From Vicugna vicugna (taxonomy: Eukaryota), in the NCBI GenBank assembly GCA_013265495.1, contig MU058243.1:1-60831 (forward strand): a DNA stretch of 60,831 nt. Reading direction: 5' to 3'. Numbering within the stretch: the stretch's first letter is position 1; each line of letters starts with the position of its first letter. The position numbers and the translations under genes were made by a program. The notes below the pieces were generated by a model. That model had not been told where the DNA came from. It saw only the letters and a program-made list of their open reading frames with translations, and ran no database searches. Shown here in pieces: positions 1 to 10,590 of this stretch.

Positions 1-99
1 AAAAAAAAAAACAACTGAATACCCAGAAAGCATGAGCCAGCACCTTAAATGGACTTAGTGGTGAGCCAGACAGGAGATAGGAGCAAGGGTGGGGACTCT

Positions 100-280
100 A
101 GGGCTGAGCCAGTCTCTCGTCCTCTAGCCTCCCCTGACTGTGTTACTTAGGCAAGTCATTACTCTGAACCTCAGTGTTCTCATCCATAAAAGAGGGATGA
201 AAATGGGTTATCATGGGGTTGTTATTAGAATAAAATGAAATAGTTTATGTGAAAGCATCAAGTATAGTGTAAGAAATGTT
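100..280 (+). mobile_element. MIR SINE relic
   Basis: Core ggcaagtcattactctgaacctcagtgttctcatccataaaa. Confidence 0.7.
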
Positions 281-1297
281 TCCTCTCTCCTTCCTGTCAT
301 ATCTTGGACCTTGGCCTGGAAAATACCAGCGGAACAGTAGAGAGCAGCTAGACACTTGGGCTTGGGCTCTCGTAGTGGGATGGGGAGAGAGAGTGGGGTG
401 TGGAGCTGCAGGAAACCGGAGAGTTTGATCTAGCAAGTAGACCACAGTCCCAGATGTATGCAAAACAGACCATTGAGATAGACCAGGCAAGCCACCTTCT
501 CAGGATATCCAAGAATCTTCAAGAATTGAGTCACTTTAACAAGAGATGGTGTTACACATTTCTGGCACAGATCAGTGTTCTTTGGGGGAAGGGCCCATAC
601 ACCATTCATCTGTGGAGTTCTACTGTCTGATTGAGTGCTTGATAGAGGACCAATGAATATCTGTAAATTGAAGACAAAGGTATAACATGACACCATCCCT
701 CCCTTGTTCTTTCCTAGCTCCCTTCAGTCCTCCAGATCATGAGTGATGTGAACAAGTTGATGTTTACTGAGGGTCATACAGACCTTTTGATCCATGCCCT
801 TGTCCACACACCTGGATGTGCTTAAGTTGTTTCAGACAGACCTCTGTGTCCCATGCTATCCTTCACAGTACCCTGGATCCACAGCAGCTTCTGCCCATGT
901 GGCAACTTGGAGCTTTCTTCTCTCAGATAAACTTATAAGTGGTGCAAAGACCCTTTATTAAGTAGGGTTTCTTGTTGGAGGGGCATCAAGCCCTGTTTAA
1001 TGTAGCAGGAGAAAGTTGTCGTTTGAAGCTCCAACTGTTTTCTAAGGAGGGTGGGTTCCATCTTGAGTTGGCTTTGTTTTTGCTGAGACCTTGTGGATTT
1101 GGATTTGCAAACTGGAAGAACTGCAGTGTTTCACATTCTGAAGGGAGAGGGACGTGGGACTTCTGAGGCAATCCAAGAGGAGAAGAGAATCAACAAGATG
1201 ATGTGTTACTCAGTGAGACTCTCCTGTGATCTCAAAATCCCTAGTTCTTACTAGACTCACCAACTTGTATGGGAATCAGTCAGAAATGAGTTTTGCA

Positions 1298-1425
1298 GGG
1301 GAAAGGTATATCTCAGTGGTAGAGCACATACTTAGCATGCACAAGGTCCTGGGTTCAATCCCTAGTACCTCCAATAAAGTAAATAAATAAACCTAATTAC
1401 CCCCTGAAATAAAAATAAAATAAAT
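1298..1425 (+). mobile_element. tRNA-Ala-derived SINE (camelid vic-1-like)
   Basis: Head ggggaaaggtatatctcagtggtagagcac...cttagcatgcac...gggttcaatcc with A and B boxes, followed by the family tail aaataaataaacctaattacccc. Confidence 0.9.
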
Positions 1426-1429
1426 GACA

Positions 1430-1755
1430 AAACTTTTAATAGACTTTATTTTTTAGAGCAGTTTCAGGTTTACAGCAGAACTGAGCAGAAAATACAGAGT
1501 TCTCACATAGCCTTCCCCACCCACACATATACACTCCCCTACCCTCAACACCCCTCATCAGTGTGGCATATTTGGTTCAACTGATGAACAAACATGGACA
1601 CATTATTATCAACCAAAGTCCATAGTTGACATTAGGGTTCAGACTTGTATATTCTATGGGTTTTGACAAATACATAACGACATGTAGCCACCACTACAGT
1701 ATCCTGCAGAATAATTTCATTGCCCTAAAAATCCTTTGTGCTCCAACTATTCAAC
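1430..1755 (-). mobile_element. L1MC-type 3' end fragment
   Basis: aatagactttattttttagagcagttt...aaagtccatagtt...gccctaaaaatcct resembles the antisense L1MC1-like 3' UTR as recalled. Confidence 0.75.
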
Positions 1756-2503
1756 ATTTTTAAGTGAGTTTTGCATCCAGGGAAGTGAGGGGGGAAATAG
1801 TCTATGCAAGTAGGAAGTAGTCATAATGGGAACCATGAAAAGAAAGACCATGAGAATCCCCGCATATCATGAATAGGGCCTTGGACTTGACCAAGATTAC
1901 AAAACTAAGAGTTCGAGCCAAATTAACCTGGACCACTGAAGGGCAAGGCAGGGACATCTCAGGTGATACCTGCATCCTCTGAACCTGGCATTATTCTCGA
2001 CACCACAAGGAATGCGTAATCAGCATGTGTGCTGGTCCTCATCCTTAAGGAGCTTAACAGTCTCTCTGCACATAGAAAGATACAAAGCGATTAGACAACA
2101 TACTTTCAAGCTGTGTTTTAGTTTCAGTGGAGATGATCAGAGAAAAGTCTTGAGCAGGGTTTCTTGAGGGAACAACCTGAGTTGAATCTTAAAAGGGAGA
2201 TGACAGGATTGGATTTGGCAGAATATGGGAACAGCTTTTCCAAGAGCTCTCTGTCAGAATCTAAAACACACCAGCCAGGAAGTGCCCAAGAAAGAAAGAA
2301 AGAAAGAAAGAAAAAAAGCAGCTCTGTCCGCTGCTCATTTTAAGCACGTGCTTCTGTACACAGACATAATCTGCCACCGTAAACTTTGCAGGCAAATTGG
2401 GCTTCCTTCTTCTTATAATGACTTTTTAAAGTCATTTCTCCAGATGGACATTTACCTGACTTGGTTCTTTTTCTGAAATAAAGCAAAACAAAAACAAGCA
2501 AGA

Positions 2504-2610
2504 GTGCTCGCTTTGCCAGCACATATACTGAAATTGGAATGATACAGAGAAGATTAGCATGGGCCCTGCACAAGGATGACATGCAAATTGGTGATGCATC
2601 CCATAATTTT
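2504..2610 (+). pseudogene. U6 snRNA retropseudogene, full length
   Basis: gtgctcgctttgccagcacatatact...gatacagagaagattagcatgg...ccataatttt aligns end to end with U6, with about 12 substitutions, several at CpG. An A-rich tail follows, and no upstream PSE or TATA is recognisable. Confidence 0.93.
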
Positions 2611-4084
2611 GGCAAAAATAAAAATAAAAAAAATTTTCTATGACTTCTAGCATCCTACCCTCATTTCCATTTGCCCTTGGTCTTTCTGAGCTGAGTGGAA
2701 GAATGCATGTACATACCACCCACTCAGCTCTCTCCTCCTAGTAAAGTGTGTAGCGTGTCTACACACAATAGAGTGGGCTACTTGGAGAAATTCCAAGTTA
2801 TCACTTCCAAAGGCTGGTGGGTAAAATTGAGTATTTCCATTTCCACTGTGGCCCAGAAAGGCAGAGTTAATCTTACAGTATCCAAAAAGTGACGGCTCAG
2901 TATGATGGGACTTCAAGTCCCATTTTAACAGAAACATGTTGATTTAAAAGGAACAAAAGCAGGTTTCTGAATTATATGTCTTCTCTCCCCATTAACAAAC
3001 TAGACACGTATGGGCTACATTTTTATTTCCGTTCTGCTGAGGGTCATCGACCAGGGCTGTTGTGTTACCTGATGTCTGATCTTTCTAATGCTAACCTCTC
3101 TGCCTCACTGTTTTCCTCTCCTGAATGAGATGTTAGTGTCTTGGCTTTGTCTCAACTAAACTTATGATTCATGTTTTTAATTCTTCACCAGTGGAGCCCC
3201 TCAAATCCTTTATCTTCAGCTCAACAGGAAAGTAACCTTGTTACTAGAATATTGAATGCTGATCATTTATTTGTTTATATGTGGGGGAAAGAAAGATCTG
3301 AAATACTCAGTTATGAATGCATTAGTCCCTGGTTCTCTATGTTGGCAGGGTGGGGAGCCCAGTGTGGCTGAAATTCATAGAATGATGCTGGTTTACAAAG
3401 CTTCACCAAGCAGGGAGGAAAGAACACCTTGGCCCATGGGTCAGACAGAGCTAACCAGAACCATTGTTATATCTTTGTGGCCACAGCATGGAAGCCAGAG
3501 CATAGATTCTCCTCTACCACTCTCATCTTAGCAGAAAAATTACACATGCTGATGTCAGACAGCTCAGACTCAGATCTTGCCTGATCCCTAACTCCAGCCT
3601 AAAAGACCTGTTCAGACACCTGGCTCTGCCCCAACTCCTCACTAGCAATGGGACCTTAGGCAAATGATGTAATTGCTTTGTACCTCAGTTTCCTGATGGG
3701 CAAACTATAAGCAATAATACTTGGGTAACAGAGCACTTTACAGGAAATAATAGCCATGAAGATTCCAAAATGATGCTGGACAGCTCCATTTGTTAAGCAT
3801 TTCATGTTGAATGCTTAAACCCATGCTCATTTCATTACCTTTTCCTTTCAAAGGCTGAATTCATACTTTGACTGTTCAATGCAGAGGTGGGCATTCTATG
3901 GCCAATGGGCCAAATGCATTCCAGCTCTGTTTTTATAAATGAAGTTTACACTGGGACACCACATGTGTGCACTTATATGTTGCCTGTGGCTTCGGGCACT
4001 CTACAGCATTTGAGTGAAAGATGGCACAATTGAGTAGCTGCAATAAAGATCATATGAGGGGTCAGATCAAGATGGCAGAGTAAA

Positions 4085-4231
4085 GGGGAGAATATAGTTC
4101 AGTGGTCAAACTCTTGCTTAACATGCACAAGGCCCTAGGTTCAATCCCCAGTACCTCTGTTAAACAAATAAGTAAAAATTCAATTACCCCCATCCATCTC
4201 CTCCAAAAAGAAACAAAATTAAAAAAAAAAA
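4085..4231 (+). mobile_element. tRNA-Ala-derived SINE inserted in the extreme 5' end of the L1
   Basis: tRNA-like head and A tail. TSD agatggcagagta (4070-4082) / agatagcagagca (4233-4245). Confidence 0.88.
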
Positions 4232-5774
4232 TAGATAGCAGAGCAGGAAGACATGGAACTCACTTTCCCCCACAAACACATCAAAAATACATTTACATGT
4301 GGAAAAATAATTGGAAACAAACTGGAAACTGGCAGAACCTGTACAACCAAGGCTGTAAGAAAAATTCACACATAATTGAGTAGGAAAGGAAGAAAAGCAA
4401 TGAGGTTCAGACCTGTGCCCCTGGGAGGGGACTCAGAGAGGATACACGGCCAGAGACCCACCAAGGGGAATGAGTTACGAGAGCCATAGATGGATCCTCT
4501 AGTCCTGGGGTCCCATGCAGGGGAGACAAGCCCCCTTGGCTGGTTGGAGGACCAGTGAGACAGTGGGGAGGCTGAACTCCACTCATAAGGAGGGCATGCT
4601 CGCTGGCTTGCCCCCAAGGCAGAGTGGACAGGATGGGTAGAAGACTGCTCCAATGGCTGCCGGGTTCCCTGCAGCTGCATCAGTTTTGCTCCAACCAAGC
4701 CAAGTGAAGGCTCCAACCTCACTCACTCCACATCACACCTTGACACAGGATCTAAGGTTGCCACAACCAGGGAGAAAATCCAGCCATGGGATCCAGAAGT
4801 GACCCAGTCTCAGGATGGATCCTGGGTGGGGTGGCAGTGACTACTGTTGGTGCTTACTCAAACAGCACATGAGACATATCCCAGAACTCTGATGGTGACT
4901 GCCCTACCACAGGTCACACCCTGATATAGTTGAGTCCACTTAGGTCCACCTGCCCCGCAGAGCAGCTCTACAATGGGTGGGGTGGCAGAGGCCGGGGAGT
5001 GATCACAGTGAGAGATAGAGGGGGACTTGGAATCGAGGCTGTGTCTGAGCAGAATGAGAGAAATAATTGTTGACACCTGCACAAGCAGTGCTATGGAGAG
5101 AGCTTGGACCCTGTGGCCAACAGGAGCCGACAGCTCACGGGGGCCACTCCAGGGCAAAAGTCCTGGTGCTGGGAGAGGGAAAGCACTCAGTTAAAGGGAA
5201 AAGAGCCAGCTCAGACCTGATCCTTGGGGCTTCTGCTCCAGCAACTTGGGATCAGACCCTAACCCTGATAGGGCGGTGATGGCCACTAAGGAGAGGGGAA
5301 GCCTTAGTTCACTCTCAGCTCCAGCTTTAGCCCCTCCATCTCCAGGTCCACCTCCTTTCACCTCCAATCACATCTTGAGGAAAGTTGTGACTTGTGTCCA
5401 TGTCAAATCCAGCTCTCCCACCAAAGGCATTGGGCACACACAGTCTGTATACTGATGCCCCCAAATAAGGACACTCTATCAAGACCACAATAGGTAAATA
5501 TGTTACTTAAATTCATAGAGGTAGAGAAAGTTAGGCAAAATGAAAACACAGAGGAACTAGCTTTAATTGAAAGTGCAAGAGAAAACTCCTAAAAAAATAG
5601 ATGTGAAATCCCCAATAAAATATTAGCAAACCAAATCTAACAATATATAAAAAGTATACACCATAATCAAGTGGGATTTATTCCAGGGATGCAAGGATGG
5701 TTCAGAATTCACAAATCAAGCAAAGTGATGCAGCACATTAACAAAAGGAAGGCTAAAAATCATATGATCATCTT

Positions 5775-6156
5775 TTAAAATGAGCAGAAGAACTGAATAG
5801 ATTGTCAGAATGGCCATCATTAAAAAGAACACAAATAGCAAATGTTGGCGAGGATGTGGAGAAAAGGGAACCCTCCAACAGCATTTGTGGGAAAGTACAT
5901 TGGTGCAGTCACTGTGGAAAACAGTATGGAGATTTCTCAAAAAACTAAAAATAAAACTACCATGAGACTCAACAATTCCACTTCTGGGTGTATATATATA
6001 TTATAAAAAAAAGAAACACTACTTTAGAAAGATATGTGCACCCCAATGTTCACAGCAGTGTTATTTACAATTGCCAAGATATGGGAGAAACATAAGTGCA
6101 TCAACAGATGAATGGATAAAGAAGATATGTGGTATGTACACACACACGCGCGCACG

Positions 6157-6200
<44 letters not shown>

Positions 6201-6557
6201 CATGAATACTACTCAGTCATAAAAAAGAATGAAATTTTGCCATTTGAAGCAATCTGGATGGACTTGGAGGGCATTATGCTAAGTGAAAGAAGTCAGAGAA
6301 AGGCAAATACTGTGTGATATCACTTGTATGTGGAATCTAAAAAATACAATAAATTAGTGAATAAAACAAAAGAGAAGCACATTCACAGATGTAGAGAACA
6401 CCGTGGGGAAAGGGAAGAGGGGAGGGGCAATATAAGAATAGGAGATAAAAAAAGGATTATTATGGAATTTATTTGAAATAATGTGTGTGAAACTTTTGAA
6501 AACTGTAAAGCACTACAGAATTTAAAGACTTTCATTCAATAAAATAAGTAAATTTTT
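5775..6557 (+). mobile_element. 5'-truncated L1 3' end nested within ORF2 of the host L1
   Basis: ORF2 C-terminus and 3' UTR flanked by a 19-bp TSD aaaatca(t/c)atgatcatctt (5756-5774, 6558-6576). Contains a (CA)n(GA)n microsatellite at about 6138-6193. Confidence 0.88.
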
Positions 6558-9500
6558 AAAATCACATGATCATCTTAATAGACACAGAAAGAACACTTGA
6601 CAAGATTCAATATCCATTCATGAGAAAAACTCTCATTAAAGTTGGTATAGAGGAAATATATCTCAACATAATAAAGGCTATAAATGATAAACCCACAGTT
6701 AACATTATATTCAATGGCTTTTCCTCTATATTTAGGAACAAGACAAAGATGCCCACTCTTGCCACTTTTGTTTAACAAAGTATTTGAAGTCCTAGTCATA
6801 GCAATCAGACAAAGAAAAGAAATAAAAGGAATCCAAATTGGAAGGGAAGAAGTAAAACCATCACTATTTGCAGATGACATGATACTTTATACAGAAAGCC
6901 CTTAAGTCTCCACTGAAAAACTAATAGAATAATTCAGTAAAGTTGCAATACAAGATTAATATACATAAATCTGTTGTGTTTCTATACACTAATAATAAAA
7001 TAGCAGAAGGAGAATTTTTTTAATCTCATTTAAAATTGCATCAAAAAGAATAAAACACCTAGGAATATACTTAACCAAGGAGGTAAAAGATCCATAGTCT
7101 GAAAACTCTAGAACATTGATGAAGGAAATTGATGATGATACAAAGAAATGGAAAGATACCTCATGCTCTCTGACTGAAAGAATTAAGATTGTTAACATGG
7201 CCATACTACATAAAGCAATCTACAGATTTAATGCAATCCCTATCAAAATACCCATGACATTTTTCACAGAACTAGAACAAATAATCCTAAAATTTATGTG
7301 GAATCAAAAAAGACCTGGAATTGCAAAAGCAATCTTGAGAAAGAAGAACAAAGCTAGAGGTGTCGTGCTCCCTGGCTTCAGACTGTACTACAAAGCCACA
7401 TGATATTGGCACAGAAAAAGACACATAGATCAGTGGAACAGAATAGAGAGCCCAGAAATAAACACATGCACCTATGATCAATTAATTTATGACAAAGGAG
7501 GCAAGAATATTCAGTGGAGAAAAAACAGTTTCTTCAATAAATGGTACTGGGAAAACTGAACAGCTACATGTAAAACAATGAGATTAGAACATTTTCTCAC
7601 ACTATATAAAAAAATAAACTCAAAATGGATTGAAGATCTATATATAAAGCCTAAAATTATAAAAGTCCTAGGCATAACACTTTTTGACATAGATCATAAC
7701 AATTTTTTTTGATCTGTCTCCTATGGTGAAAGAAATAAAAGGAAAAATAAATAAATGGAACCTAATTAAACTTAAAATCTTTCACACAGCAAAGGAAACC
7801 ATTGACAAAATGAAAAGACAGCTTATTGAATGGGAGAAAATATTTGCAAATGATCAGCAATCAGTTAATATCCAATATATAAATAAAGCTCATAACAACT
7901 CCATATCAAACAACAAACAAAAATGATTAAAATATGGACAGAAGACTTAAATAGACATTTTCCCAAAGAAGACATGTAGATGGCCAACAAACATATGAAA
8001 AGGTGCTCAACATGGCTAATTATCAGAGAAGTGGAAATCAAAACCACAATGAGATACCACCTGACACCTGTCAGAATGACCACCATCAAAAAGTTTACAA
8101 GTAATAAATGATGGCGAGGATGTGGAGAAAAGGGAATCCTAGTACTCTGTTGATGAGAATGTAAATTGGAGAAACTATTATGGAAAATAGTATGGTGGTT
8201 CCTCAAAAAACTGAACATAGAACTACCATGTGATCCAGCAATTCTACTCCTCTGTGTGTGTGTGTGTGTGTGTGTGTGTATCCAGGAAAAAACAAAAACA
8301 CTAACTCAAAATGATACATGCACAGTGTTCACAGTAGCACTATTTACAATAGCCAAGAAGTAGAAAACCCAAGTGTGCCCATCAACAGATGAATGGATAA
8401 AGAAGATGTGGTAGATATATATGTACAATGGAATATTACTTAGCCATGAAAAGAATGAAATTCTACCACTTACAGCAACTTGGAAGGACCTAGACAGTAT
8501 TAGGATCAGTGAAATAAGTCAAACAGAGAAAGACAAATACTGTATAATATCACTTATACTTGCAATCTAAAAAACAAAGTGAATGTATATAGCAAAACAG
8601 AAACAGACTCACAGATATAGAAAACAAACTTGCAGTTACCAAAGTATAGAGGGAATGGAAGAGGGGCAAGATAGGGGTATGGGATTAAGAGATACAAACT
8701 ACTATGTAAAAAATAGATAAGCAGCAAGGAGCTATTGTACAGCACAGGGAATTATAGCTATCATTTTATAATAACTTTAATGGAGTATAATCCATAAAAA
8801 TACCGAATCACTGTATTGTTCACTTGGAACTAATGTAACATTGTAAATCATCTATACCTCAATAGAAAGACTATGTGGCCCACAGAAGTCAAAAATGTTT
8901 ACTTTAAGCCCTTAAAGAAAAAAATTGCCCACATCTGGGTTAGCTGAAGGATACTGGTTGAGAGAAACAGATTCAAATTCTCACTCCAGTATTAAGTGTG
9001 AGATACTGAACTTACCGAGCCAACATTTCCTCATCTGTCAAGTAAGAATAACGTTACCAGCCAAAGGGTAATAGGTTAAGCACTAAGCAATAGAAAATAT
9101 ATAAAGTGTCTCATCACTATGTCTGGTTCTTCTTACTCCTCTTTTAATTGGTAAATGTAAAGAAAGACAAAAACCGTCATTTTGGAGCAATACCTTAGAA
9201 TTAATATGCTTCAGTTGGGAATTCTTCAAAAACATGGATTTCTGGGTCTCCTCCTAGAAACTCTGAGTTGATAGGTCTGAAAAGGGAGAATGGCATCTAA
9301 CTTTAGTTCACAGTTCCTTCGATAACTGTTGACCAGCCTGACCACTTTACAGGTGGGGGAGCCAGTCAGCAAATATGAAGTCATTGCAGCCACCAAGGAC
9401 CAGGTCAGAAGCAGTCATAGTTGTGTGGAGAATGCAGACAGCCTGCCTTCTGACCATCCCTCTCCTTGGAGTGAAGAGACATGGTGGATGGACTTTTTAA

Positions 9501-9859
9501 TGCCTGCAGAGGCTTCATCCAGACCCTTAGTTACCTGTCCCTTCTGCAGTTAATTCTTGAAGCCCTGAGCTCTAGAACATTAAGGGCATAGGATTCAGGG
9601 GACTGCAGTTTTACAGCTGAGCATAATTTTTACCATATGTGTACCTGTCCCAGAATGTCATGAAGACTAGAGGCAGAGGGCCTAAGATGACCCCAAAGCT
9701 ATCACACACCAAGCAGATTTCAGTGAGCCAGATAGGACTCTACAGTGTGCAAACTTGGCCACACCACTTCTTGCCTCAGAAGAACATGAAATAATTTCCC
9801 ATTCCCATCTGGGTAGGCACCGCCCCATCTGCTTACTGCTTTAGATCTAGGCTATCTGA

Positions 9860-10150
9860 AGATTCAAATCACTTAGTAGCCATATGACACTGGGTACATT
9901 ACTTAATCTCTCTGTGGCTCAGTTTCCTCATATAGGAAATATAGATAATAATAGCATTTATTATAAGAAATGAGACACATTAAACTATGTGTTAATTTAA
10001 AGGTACATCATGAATTCAGAAATATGTAAATGGGAAAAGTGTGTACCTTATAATAAATGATACTGTGTATCTTTATAAAGATTAAATGAGTTCATAAATG
10101 TAAAGCCTTGGAATAGCACCTGGCACAGAGTAAGCTCCCAATCGTATTAG
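9860..10150 (+). mobile_element. MIR relic, interrupted by a short insert
   Basis: ttacttaatctctctgtggctcagtttcctcat ... attaaatgag...aaagccttggaatagcacctggcacagagtaagc. Confidence 0.65.
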
Positions 10151-10174
10151 CTACACTAATTATCCTGCATCATT

Positions 10175-10590
10175 ATCTTCTCTCACTCCCTGTGCTCCAG
10201 TGCCTTGAATGTGCCAGTCTGTCTCCTACCACAGGGACTTTGAACATGCTGTCCCCTCTCCCTCTCTGGATCAGATCCAACTCATCTTATAGGCCAAATG
10301 TCACTTCCTTAGAGACTCATTCTCTGATGCCTCTGGCTGTCCAGATCCCCTTGTTAATGATCTTCTGACTTTTCTTCTTCATAGCACTTTTCACAGCTGC
10401 AATTGGACATTTATTTATAGGTTTATTTATTATAGGTTTAGTCAATTACCACCCATCGCTCTCATATGACTAGAGCTCCCTGAGATCAGGGGTGGTATTT
10501 ATGGTCTCCACCTCTGCATCCCCAGTCCCCTCTAATTCCCTGGCTCTAATAGGCACTCAGTAAGTATTTGAATAAAAGCCTGAGTGGGTG
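10175..10590 (+). mobile_element. L2 3' end relic
   Basis: cagggactttgaacatgctgtcccctct...aatgtcacttcct...taggcactcagtaagtatttgaat, typical of an L2 tail. Confidence 0.65.

Larger units (their letters stand above)
4057..8865 (+). mobile_element. L1 with intact 5' UTR, a large ORF1/endonuclease deletion and degenerate ORF2 to 3' UTR
   Basis: Begins with the caagatggc 5' motif and a GC-rich UTR, and the ORF1 ATG is at 5540. It jumps into the ORF2 RT region near 5597. ORF2 peptides include LFADDMILY and [12 protein letters not shown]. Approximate TSD aaagatcatatg (4045-4056) / aaagactatgtg (8866-8877). Confidence 0.92.
3882..8937 (+). mobile_element. MER58A (hAT-Charlie MITE) split by an L1: left arm 3882-4056, right arm 8866-8937
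   Basis: The left part cagaggtgggca...ggccaaat...tgagtagctgca and the right part tggcccacaga...aaaatgtttact...ttgcccacatctg are collinear with MER58A and with the intact copy at 30256. Confidence 0.8.
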
